From a virus (Duplodnaviria; Caudoviricetes), in IMG/VR virus record IMGVR_UViG_3300022179_000796, positions 1-38,007 of that record: 38,007 bases of DNA; one strand, given 5' to 3'. This document shows, one piece after another, positions 28,078 through 35,227 of the stretch. Below the pieces are notes generated by a model. That model did no database searches. It saw only the letters and a list, made by a program, of their open reading frames with translations, and had not been told where the DNA came from. The first letter of the stretch is position 1. Each line of letters begins with the position of its first letter. The translations under genes and the position numbers were made by a program.

Positions 28078-29879
28078 AGACCCACGACCTCGTCCAGGGC
28101 AGCGCCGAATGGCTTGCCTACCGCGCCCAGCACTTCAACGCCAGCGACGCGCCGGCCATGATGGGCTGCAGCCCGTACAAGACACGCGCCGCGCTGCTGC
28201 GCGAGATGCACACCGGCGTGGCGGCCGACGTGGACGCGCCGACACAGCGCCGCTTCGATGACGGCCATCGCTTCGAGGCGCTGGCCCGGCCGTTGTCCGA
28301 AGAGATCATCGGAGAGACGCTGTATCCCGTCGTCGGCAGTCTGGAGAATCTGTCCGCCAGCTTCGACGGCCTGACGCTGGGCGAGGACACGGCCTACGAG
28401 CACAAGTCGCTGAACGACGAACTGCGTGCGCTGCTGCCGGCAAGCGGCGTCAGCGGTCCCGAGGTCGGCGCGCGGCTGCCGCTCATGTACCGCGTGCAGA
28501 TGGAGCAGCAGCTGATGGTCAGCGGAGCCGGGCGCGTGCTGTTCATGGCCTCGAAGTGGGACAGCGAAGGCAACCTCATCGAGGCTCGCTGCTGCTGGTA
28601 CGAGGCCGACATGGCGCTGCGGACGCACATCGTCGCCGGGTGGGAGCGGTTCGCCGCCGACCTCGCCGCCTACGTCCCGCCGACCACCTCCGAGCCTGTG
28701 CGCGCCGAGACGATGGAATCCCTGCCGGCCGTGTCGGTGCGCCTCGACGGCGCCCTGTCAGTCGCCGGCAACCTGCCGACCTTCGCCGAGGCGCTGAAAG
28801 CCTTCATCGCGCGCATGCCGACGAAGCCGGCCACCGACACCGACTTCGCGACCTGCGAGGCCGCCTGCAAGTCGCTGAAGAAGGCGGAGGAAGCGCTCGA
28901 CGCGGCCGAAGCCGGCGCCCTGGCCAGCATCACCGACGTGGAAGCGATGCGCCGAGCCGTGGCCGACTGCCGCAAGTTGGCGCGCGACACGCGGCTGGCT
29001 GCCGAGAAGCTGGTCGAGCGCCGCAAGGTCGAGATCAAGGAGCAGGCCGTCGCCGCCGCCAAGGCCGCGCTCGACAAGCACATTGGCGACTTGAACGGCG
29101 AACTCGCGCCGATGCGCCTGCAGCCGGTGGCGGCCGACTTCGCCGGCTCCATCAAGGGCCTGCGCAGCATCGCCAGCATGCAGGACGCGCTGGACACGAC
29201 GCTCGCCGGCGGCAAGATCGCGGCCGACGCGCAGGCCCGGGTGATCCGCGCGAACGTGGCCGCCTTCAAGGCCGCCGCCACCGGCCTGGAGTTCCTGTTC
29301 TCGGACCTGGGCGCGCTCATCCACAAGCCGGCCGACGACTTCGCGATGCTTGTGAAGGCGCGGGTCGACACGCACCGGGCCGCCGAAGCGCGGCGCGAGC
29401 AGGAGCGCCAGGCCGCGGAGGCTGCACGCATTGCGGCGGCCGAGCAACGGGCCCGCGAGCAGGAGGCGGCGCGGCTGGCCGAAGAGCAGCGCCAGCGCGA
29501 GGTCGAGGCAGCGCGGCAGGCTGCGGCCGTCGTGGCTGCGGCTGCTGCGCCTACGCCAGAAGTTATCAGCCCCACGGCGCCGACAGCCCCTTGGCCGCCG
29601 AATCACCCCGAGCGCCCGACCGCCGCGCCCGTGTTCGCCATGCCGAAGCACGAGGAAGCTGCGCCGCGCGCCGACGAACCCGCCACCCTGAACCTCAGCG
29701 CCATCAATGCCATCTTCGGCGGCAAGATCAAGCTCGACGCCGCCGGCCTGGCGCTGATGGGAATCGAACCCAGCAACCGCCACCAGAACGCCCGCCTGTA
29801 CCGCGAGAGCGACCTCAGCCGGATCTGCCGCGCGCTGGTCGTGCTGGCAGCCGAAGTCCAGGAACTGCAGGCCGCGTGA
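28074..29879 (+). CDS. YqaJ-like viral recombinase exonuclease with long coiled-coil tail
   Basis: QGSAEWLAYR...ASDAPAMMG, GHRFE, SASFDG, EHK, QMEQQL. Confidence 0.9.
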   Translation: MKTHDLVQGSAEWLAYRAQHFNASDAPAMMGCSPYKTRAALLREMHTGVAADVDAPTQRRFDDGHRFEALARPLSEEIIGETLYPVVGSLENLSASFDGLTLGEDTAYEHKSLNDELRALLPASGVSGPEVGARLPLMYRVQMEQQLMVSGAGRVLFMASKWDSEGNLIEARCCWYEADMALRTHIVAGWERFAADLAAYVPPTTSEPVRAETMESLPAVSVRLDGALSVAGNLPTFAEALKAFIARMPTKPATDTDFATCEAACKSLKKAEEALDAAEAGALASITDVEAMRRAVADCRKLARDTRLAAEKLVERRKVEIKEQAVAAAKAALDKHIGDLNGELAPMRLQPVAADFAGSIKGLRSIASMQDALDTTLAGGKIAADAQARVIRANVAAFKAAATGLEFLFSDLGALIHKPADDFAMLVKARVDTHRAAEARREQERQAAEAARIAAAEQRAREQEAARLAEEQRQREVEAARQAAAVVAAAAAPTPEVISPTAPTAPWPPNHPERPTAAPVFAMPKHEEAAPRADEPATLNLSAINAIFGGKIKLDAAGLALMGIEPSNRHQNARLYRESDLSRICRALVVLAAEVQELQAA

Positions 29880-29880
29880 C

Positions 29881-30324
29881 ATGGCCGTGCTGCGCACCTT
29901 CATCCTGTGGCAGCCGGCGATGGCCGGCGAGCTCATCGCCTTCCTGAAGGCCCACGCAGGGCCGGCGGCGAAGTCTGAGCGGCCGCTACAGGTGACGGTG
30001 GCGCAGTACCACCCGAAGCGCAGCAACGAGCACAACGCGTTCATGTGGTCTGCCGTGCTCGAGCAGATCGCGCGACAGGCCTGCATCGCTGGCCGCTACT
30101 TCTCGCCCGAGACGTGGCACGAGCACATGAAGCGCGAGCACCTGCCCGACGTGCTGGCCGATGGCCGCGAGAAATGGAACTGGCTGCCAAACGGTGAGCG
30201 CGTGCTTGCCATCGGCGCCAGCGACCTCAACCGAGCCGAGTTCGACGAGTACCTGCAGAAGGTGCAGGCGGACGCGGCGATGAATCACGGCGTGGTGTTT
30301 GACCGCGCCACGGAGACGGCATGA
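29881..30324 (+). CDS. ninB: NinB/Orf-family recombination protein
   Basis: PKRSNEHNAFMW...IARQ...PETWHEHMKR...EFDEYLQKV...GVVF. Confidence 0.8.
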   Translation: MAVLRTFILWQPAMAGELIAFLKAHAGPAAKSERPLQVTVAQYHPKRSNEHNAFMWSAVLEQIARQACIAGRYFSPETWHEHMKREHLPDVLADGREKWNWLPNGERVLAIGASDLNRAEFDEYLQKVQADAAMNHGVVFDRATETA

Positions 30325-30530
30325 CCACCCCCACCAGCCTCAGCGAGCACTTCGAGGCCCACGAAGTCGACCTTCCGCGCGACGTGTCGAAGGCAACGCT
30401 CGAGCGCATCCGCGTCGCGTTCTATGCCGGCGCGCTGGCCGGGCACGTGCTCGGCAGGGCCGGGCCCGAGGCGCGCGACCGCGTGCTCGGCGAGTGCTTG
30501 GACTTCGGGCGCGGCATCGGCCGGCGCTGA
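30321..30530 (+). CDS. Hypothetical protein
   Basis: 69 aa with AFYAGA motif; coupled start. Confidence 0.65.
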   Translation: MTTPTSLSEHFEAHEVDLPRDVSKATLERIRVAFYAGALAGHVLGRAGPEARDRVLGECLDFGRGIGRR

Positions 30531-30562
30531 ACCTTTACCAACCGCCTGAAAGGCACTGACCC

Positions 30563-30982
30563 ATGAACCACATCCAATCCCCTGACACCAGCGACAGCGC
30601 CATCGAGCGCGAAATCAAGGCCAAGGGCCTGACGGCGCCGCGCGTCACGCCAGCCGACATCGAGTCGAACATCGGCAGCGAGCACTACTTCACCGCCTTC
30701 GACGGCGCGATGCACCAGGGCGAGCACTCCAAGTACGCGGGCGACTTCCTCGTGCCGCAGTGCATCGAATCGCTTTCGCTGCTCACTTTCTGCGTGCTGG
30801 TGCTGCGCAACGGCTTCACCGTCACCGGCGAGTCGGCCTGCGCCAGCCCGGTGAACTTCGACGCCGAACTCGGTCGGAAGATCGCTCGCGCGAACGCCGT
30901 GAACAAGGTCTGGCCGCTGATGGGCTACGAGCTGAAGGAGCGGCTGCACCAGATGCAGCAGCCCGCGCAGGCGCCCACCTGA
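30563..30982 (+). CDS. N4 Gp49 / Sf6 gp66 family protein
   Basis: TAPRVTPADIE...LTFCVLVLRNGFTVTGESACASPVNFDAELGRKIAR...WPLMGY. Confidence 0.88.
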   Translation: MNHIQSPDTSDSAIEREIKAKGLTAPRVTPADIESNIGSEHYFTAFDGAMHQGEHSKYAGDFLVPQCIESLSLLTFCVLVLRNGFTVTGESACASPVNFDAELGRKIARANAVNKVWPLMGYELKERLHQMQQPAQAPT

Positions 30983-31149
30983 AGTTCAGGGGCGATCACA
31001 TGGCCGGATCAGCTGTCGACACGCTCGCCAGCCGGCAGACAGACCTATGACGGTGCGCTGACCAGCGGCCCAGGAATGCAGCCCGAAAAGTTGTGAACGC
31101 AGCCTGATCGCCCCTCTCTTTTATCCACCAGCCGAGAAAGGCTCGACCC

Positions 31150-31950
31150 ATGTTCCAACTGATCCAGCCCACGACCGTGAAGCTCATGCACATCAACGTG
31201 CGCACCGAGAAGCACGGACCGGCCGATGTCGACGCGTTCGATCTGGACTTCGCCATCTCGGGCGAGAACCGCAAGGTGCTGGCGCTGCTGCGCCCGGACC
31301 TGTACCGCGCGTTCTACTTCAACGAGGAAGCCGAGGAAGGCCAAGACGAGCTGCCCGAGGTCGACCCCGCGCTGCCCGACCTGAAGTTCCCGAAGCTGGC
31401 TTCGTCCTTCGCCTGGGCCGACGAGGCGACCGGCGTCGACCTGACCGTGATCTACGGCCTCGGCGACGAGGTGTCGAACATCGCGCTCGAAGGCGGCAAG
31501 GCGGCGACGAAGAAGGTCGACCTGATGGACGGCGGCACGTCGGTGCTTGGCTTCAAGTTCTCGATCAGCGGCTATCCCGATGGCGTCATCGACAAGCTGC
31601 GCAAGAAGCTGAAGCAGGACGTGACGATCACGATGGTGCGGCCGGAGAAGCTGCGCGGCGATGCGGTGATCGATGGCACGGTCGGCCACCCGGGCGCGGC
31701 GGCAGCGGCCGAAGGCCAGGGTGACCTGCTCGACGGCGCCGAGACGCCCGAGCAGGCGCTGATGCGGGCGGCTGGCGACGACACCGGCCCCGACCAGCAA
31801 GACGACGGCGCCGATGACGGCGAAGGCAACGCGCCCGACGCCGATGCCGATGCCGATGGCTTCGAGGCTGGCGCCGCGCAGGCCATCGCGGCGGCCGGCG
31901 TGAAGCAGCGCGGTACCGGGGCGAAGCGCGGAAAGGCGGCGCTGCAGTGA
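31150..31950 (+). CDS. Conserved phage hypothetical protein
   Basis: 266 aa; NVRTEKHG motif and acidic C-terminal tail. Confidence 0.75.
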   Translation: MFQLIQPTTVKLMHINVRTEKHGPADVDAFDLDFAISGENRKVLALLRPDLYRAFYFNEEAEEGQDELPEVDPALPDLKFPKLASSFAWADEATGVDLTVIYGLGDEVSNIALEGGKAATKKVDLMDGGTSVLGFKFSISGYPDGVIDKLRKKLKQDVTITMVRPEKLRGDAVIDGTVGHPGAAAAAEGQGDLLDGAETPEQALMRAAGDDTGPDQQDDGADDGEGNAPDADADADGFEAGAAQAIAAAGVKQRGTGAKRGKAALQ

Positions 31951-32183
31951 CCTCCGCCCGCACACGCACCGAGCCAACGAAGCGCGACCTGCAAGTGCTG
32001 CAGTTGGTGCGCCGCCACTATCGCCGCCACGGCTGTGCGCCGACGCGCGCCGAGATCGGCAGCGCGCTGGGCATCAGCCGGCCGACCGCTGACGGCCACT
32101 TGCAGGCGCTGGCACAAAGCGGCCTGGTGGTTCTGCGCAAGGAATGGCGCGGCGTGTACCTCACCAAGAAGGCGGCGTCATGA
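31947..32183 (+). CDS. LexA-type DNA-binding-domain-only protein
   Basis: PTKRDLQVL...APTRAEIGSALGISRPTADGHLQALAQSG...RGV. Confidence 0.8.
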   Translation: MTSARTRTEPTKRDLQVLQLVRRHYRRHGCAPTRAEIGSALGISRPTADGHLQALAQSGLVVLRKEWRGVYLTKKAAS

Positions 32184-32317
32184 GCGCGTGGCTGGCCTGC
32201 ACGCTGCTGTGGCTGGTGGCCATCGCTGCTATCTGGGCCATCGTCGCCATCAACCGGGCGCAGAAGCGCCGCGGGAAGTACGACGCGAGCGATGACAACG
32301 ACCGGGGGATGCGATGA
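32180..32317 (+). CDS. Small membrane protein (45 aa)
   Basis: MSAWLACTLLWLVAIAAIWAIVAI...; ATGA overlaps at both ends. Confidence 0.6.
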   Translation: MSAWLACTLLWLVAIAAIWAIVAINRAQKRRGKYDASDDNDRGMR

Positions 32318-32580
32318 GCAAGAGAGCCAGAGCCTTCAGCCTCGCCCGCGATCTGAAGCACGCCGACTCCGCGTGCTACGGAGATCCGGTGGATGTCGAC
32401 GCGCTCATCTGCGCCAGGGTCGGCGATACCGTTGCCTGCGACGTGCGCGAGCCAGTCGCGGCGACGATCTCGGCGACGCTGGAGACACCGGCAGCGGTGG
32501 CGTATGCGAACCGGCTGTTGCAGGACAAGGGTAGCGGGTGGCGGCTTATGGAGTCGAACGTTGGAGGTAACCGGCAATGA
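32314..32580 (+). CDS. Hypothetical protein ending inside attC R3
   Basis: 88 aa; reads through R' and stops at ATGA 32577-32580. Confidence 0.6.
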   Translation: MSKRARAFSLARDLKHADSACYGDPVDVDALICARVGDTVACDVREPVAATISATLETPAAVAYANRLLQDKGSGWRLMESNVGGNRQ

Positions 32581-32652
32581 CCGGCGTGACCATGCTTGAT
32601 ACCGCGCCACTGCTGAACGCCGGGCATTGTCCGGTTGACCGACCAGTTAGAA
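32553..32652 (-). other. attC-like site R3
   Basis: Minus strand: TTCTAAC-tggtc-GGT(C)AACCGGACAATGCCCGGCGT...ACGCCGGTCATTGCCGGTTACC-tccaac-GTTCGAC. Confidence 0.8.
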
Positions 32653-33535
32653 GGCTGGTGCCGGAGCGTGACCATTTCCGCCTGGATGGGCCGACCAGCA
32701 TCAGCTTCAGCGGCGGCCGGACGAGCGGCTACATGCTGTGGCGCGTGCTGCAGGCCAACGGCGGGCTACCAGCCGACGCGGTGGTTTGCTTCGCCAACAC
32801 CGGCCTTGAAGATGAGGCCACGCTGCGGTTTGTGCGCGACTGCGGCGCGCGGTGGGGCGTGCCGATTACCTGGGTGGAGTACCGCGACGACGCGCAGGGC
32901 TATGCGCTTGTGGACTTCGACACGGCCAGCCGCAACGGCGAGCCGTTCGAGGCCATCATTCGCAAGCGCCGATACCTGCCGAACCCGGTGGCGCGCTTCT
33001 GCACCGTGGAGTTGAAGATTCTGACGATGGAGCGCCACCTGCGCGCCATCGGGTGGGAAGACTGGGATAGCTTCGTCGGCGTGCGAGCCGATGAACCGCG
33101 CCGCGTTGCGAAGATGCGCGCCGACCCGAAGGGCGGCCGAGGCAGCGGCTGGCGTGCGCTACCGCTGGCCGACGCCGGCATTGCAGTTGCGGACGTTGGC
33201 GCCTTTTGGGCCGCGCAGGACTTCGACCTGGAATTGCCGAGTCGCAACGGCCGCACCACGGCAGGGAACTGCGTGCTGTGCTTTCTGAAGCCCGCCGGCC
33301 AGGTGCGCAGCCTGATCGCCGAACGCCCGAGCCGCGCGGTGTGGTGGGTCAAGCAGGAAGACTACGCCGCAGCGAATTTCGTTGAACGCAAGAGCGGCGG
33401 CGCGTGGCGCTTCCGCATGGACCGCGACAGCTACGCCGGCATGGCAAGCGCTGCCGCGAATCAGACCGACGCATTCGGCCACGAAGACGAGGAAGCGCTG
33501 GCGTGCTTCTGCGGCGAGTAGCGGATGCCTTCTAA
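32559..33535 (-). mobile_element. Integron-like gene cassette R3 (PAPS reductase family gene)
   Basis: GTTAGAAGGC (32646-32655) and GCCTTCTAAC (33527-33536) are exact complements. Confidence 0.8.
32577..33521 (+). CDS. PAPS reductase-family (PP-loop) protein
   Basis: SFSGGRTSGYM, FANTGLE, RFCTVELK, GVRADE, GNCVLCFLK, C-terminal CFCGE. Confidence 0.88.
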   Translation: MTGVTMLDTAPLLNAGHCPVDRPVRRLVPERDHFRLDGPTSISFSGGRTSGYMLWRVLQANGGLPADAVVCFANTGLEDEATLRFVRDCGARWGVPITWVEYRDDAQGYALVDFDTASRNGEPFEAIIRKRRYLPNPVARFCTVELKILTMERHLRAIGWEDWDSFVGVRADEPRRVAKMRADPKGGRGSGWRALPLADAGIAVADVGAFWAAQDFDLELPSRNGRTTAGNCVLCFLKPAGQVRSLIAERPSRAVWWVKQEDYAAANFVERKSGGAWRFRMDRDSYAGMASAAANQTDAFGHEDEEALACFCGE

Positions 33536-33615
33536 CGTTGCAATTAACCGGCGCGCGTGACGACTTAAACGAAGCGTGCCGGCCGTTGCGCGTCCGGTTG
33601 AATTGCGTGTTAGGG
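33530..33615 (-). other. attC-like site R2
   Basis: Minus strand: CCCTAAC-acgca-ATT(C)AACCGGACGCGC...GCGCGCCGGTTAAT-tgcaac-GTTAGAA; 82/83 identical to attC R1. Confidence 0.88.
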
Positions 33616-33630
33616 CGCACGCGAAAGTGC

Positions 33631-33659
33631 TTGCGTGACGTGTCACGATGAGCGATACT
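33631..33659 (+). promoter_or_regulatory. Cassette-internal promoter with palindromic operator
   Basis: TTGCGT-17 bp-GATACT; CGTGAC-GT-GTCACG palindrome overlaps -35 and spacer. Confidence 0.6.
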
Positions 33660-33698
33660 GTAGCCACTGCGGCACGGTGCGGCAGAAGGAGAACAGCG

Positions 33699-33941
33699 AT
33701 GCAAGTTGAATTGACAAAGAGCCTGAAGCGCCAGCGCGCAGCCCTGCAAGTGGAGCCGATCCATGTGCAGGCCGAACCCGTGCGCGCCTACGCGAAGCAG
33801 ATTGCCGAACTGAAGGGCGAGCCATTCAGCGTGGTGACAGTGCCTGATGGCTCTGCGGCGCACCGCATGGGCTACAGGTTCGTGTCGATCCCTGACAGCG
33901 AACTGGCGCACTACCTGGCGAACGGCGCCACGCTGGCATGA
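33699..33941 (+). CDS. Hypothetical protein (cassette R2)
   Basis: AAGGAG RBS, 80 aa. Confidence 0.7.
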   Translation: MQVELTKSLKRQRAALQVEPIHVQAEPVRAYAKQIAELKGEPFSVVTVPDGSAAHRMGYRFVSIPDSELAHYLANGATLA

Positions 33942-34141
33942 GCCCCGATCAGCTTTCTTACGTCGCCAAGGTCGAAGCCGAGTGCCGCGCCGCCTTTGAC
34001 ACCGAGTTCTACAAGATTCGCGCGACCATGACCTATGACCAATGGCGTGTTGCGTTCAAGGTCGGCTGGCGTTGCGGGCGCGAAGATGCGCACCGCGATT
34101 GGGCCGACCACATGGCGCGCATGGCTCAGGCGGCCAAATGA
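33938..34141 (+). CDS. Hypothetical protein (cassette R2)
   Basis: 67 aa, ATGA-coupled. Confidence 0.7.
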   Translation: MSPDQLSYVAKVEAECRAAFDTEFYKIRATMTYDQWRVAFKVGWRCGREDAHRDWADHMARMAQAAK

Positions 34142-34311
34142 GCCCAGCCAAGACAGCCGCAGAGCGCAAAGCCGACGAGCGGCAGCGCCACAAGGAAGCC
34201 GGGCGCACTGCGGTGACAGTGCATGTGCGCCCTGAGTACGCGCCCGAAGTGCGGGCACTGGAAGCGAAGTTGCAGCGCCGCGAGAACCGCAAGCGTGGCC
34301 CTGCGCCCTAA
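34138..34311 (+). CDS. Small basic putative DNA-binding protein (RHH-like, cassette R2)
   Basis: KTAAERKADERQRHKEAGRTAVTVHV...; stop is the core-site TAA. Confidence 0.6.
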   Translation: MSPAKTAAERKADERQRHKEAGRTAVTVHVRPEYAPEVRALEAKLQRRENRKRGPAP

Positions 34312-34391
34312 CGTTGCAATTAACCGGCGCGCGTGACGACTTAAACGAAGCGTGCCGGCCGTTGCGCGTCCGGTTGAATTGCGGGTTAGGC
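34306..34391 (-). other. attC-like site R1
   Basis: Minus strand: GCCTAAC-ccgca-ATT(C)AACCGG...CCGGTTAAT-tgcaac-GTTAGGG. Confidence 0.88.
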
Positions 34392-34672
34392 CACAACAAG
34401 GATAAGTTGACATGGGATGCAAGAGATGCGGAAGCTACGCCATAAACCACCACTGCCACGGCAGAGATGGCGGCGACAAAGACTTGTGCGACGTTTGCTT
34501 TTGGCGCAAGCGCGCAGAAGCCGCCACCGATGCACTGAAGACGGCCGAGGCCGCGCTGGCAGACATTGGTGACGCAGACAGAGAGCCGGGCGACGACCTT
34601 GCATGGTGCGAGGCGCGTGCCGCGCAAGACTTACCCACTGTGCGCGCCACGCTGGCGGGCCTTGTGGCCTAA
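34312..34672 (-). mobile_element. Integron-like gene cassette R1
   Basis: GTTAGGCCACAA (34385-34396) and TTGCGG-free exact complement TTGTGGCCTAAC (34662-34673). Confidence 0.8.
34412..34672 (+). CDS. Hypothetical Zn-binding protein (cassette R1)
   Basis: CKRCGSYAINHHCH...LCDVCFW; stop is the core-site TAA. Confidence 0.75.
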   Translation: MGCKRCGSYAINHHCHGRDGGDKDLCDVCFWRKRAEAATDALKTAEAALADIGDADREPGDDLAWCEARAAQDLPTVRATLAGLVA

Positions 34673-34700
34673 CGTGTTTTAGACGACTTCTGCAGACTTT
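34667..34700 (-). other. attI-like recombination site, right array
   Basis: Minus strand: AAAGTCTGCAGAAGTCGTCTAAAACAC-GTTAGGC; no partner hairpin arm. Confidence 0.7.
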
Positions 34701-35000
34701 ATGCGACCGCGAATCACATCACAGCAGCGCTACAGAGCTGCAGAAGTGCACGCGCAGCACGAGCGCGACGACGGCATCTACGACCGTCCAGCGTTTGAGG
34801 ACTGTCGCCAGCCATTCGCCCTGCCTCTTGCGGCTGCCGGATGGCGCGATCTGACCATTGAGCCGCGTCTTGGCTATGTAGCCTGGCGCGCTGTCGATAC
34901 AGAGACTGGCGAGGTTCTTCACTGCGCCGCGCTGAAAGAACTGCTGCGATGGGTGGCCACGCAAATGCCGAGGATGCTGGCGGCGAGGAACTTTCAGTGA
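34701..35000 (+). CDS. Hypothetical protein
   Basis: 99 aa starting immediately after the attI-like site. Confidence 0.6.
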   Translation: MRPRITSQQRYRAAEVHAQHERDDGIYDRPAFEDCRQPFALPLAAAGWRDLTIEPRLGYVAWRAVDTETGEVLHCAALKELLRWVATQMPRMLAARNFQ

Positions 35001-35227
35001 TGCCCCGCCTACTCACGCGGGCCCGAGACGCCATCCTGCAGCGCCGCTACGCGCCTCGCCCGCACAAGCCGGTGCGCGCCGCCTGCCTGTGGCGCGAGGG
35101 CAGCGGCTGGATGCGCATGCTGACGGGGCATGCCAGCCAGTCGAAGAGCCTGGGCGGATTGCTGTATCGGCGGCGGGTGCGCCTGGTGCGGCGGTTCGGG
35201 TTGTCAGCGTTTTTGAGGCGCGACTGA
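35000..35227 (+). CDS. Hypothetical Arg-rich protein
   Basis: TGATG-coupled to the previous ORF. Confidence 0.4.
   Translation: MPRLLTRARDAILQRRYAPRPHKPVRAACLWREGSGWMRMLTGHASQSKSLGGLLYRRRVRLVRRFGLSAFLRRD

Larger units (their letters stand above)
33536..34311 (-). mobile_element. Integron-like gene cassette R2 (three genes with own promoter)
   Basis: GTTAGGGCGCA (33609-33619) and TGCGCCCTAAC (34302-34312) are exact complements. Confidence 0.82.

Noticed and set aside
28556-30086. Long overlapping alternative-frame and antisense ORFs, here and at 10039-11100 and 20464-21534
   Set aside because: Shadow ORFs of GC-rich genes with low-complexity Arg/Ala/Gly composition and no motifs.
33532-34390. 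83-bp direct repeats as a CRISPR array or prophage attL/attR
   Set aside because: Only two long copies separated by genes; they have attC architecture and belong with three more diverged sites.
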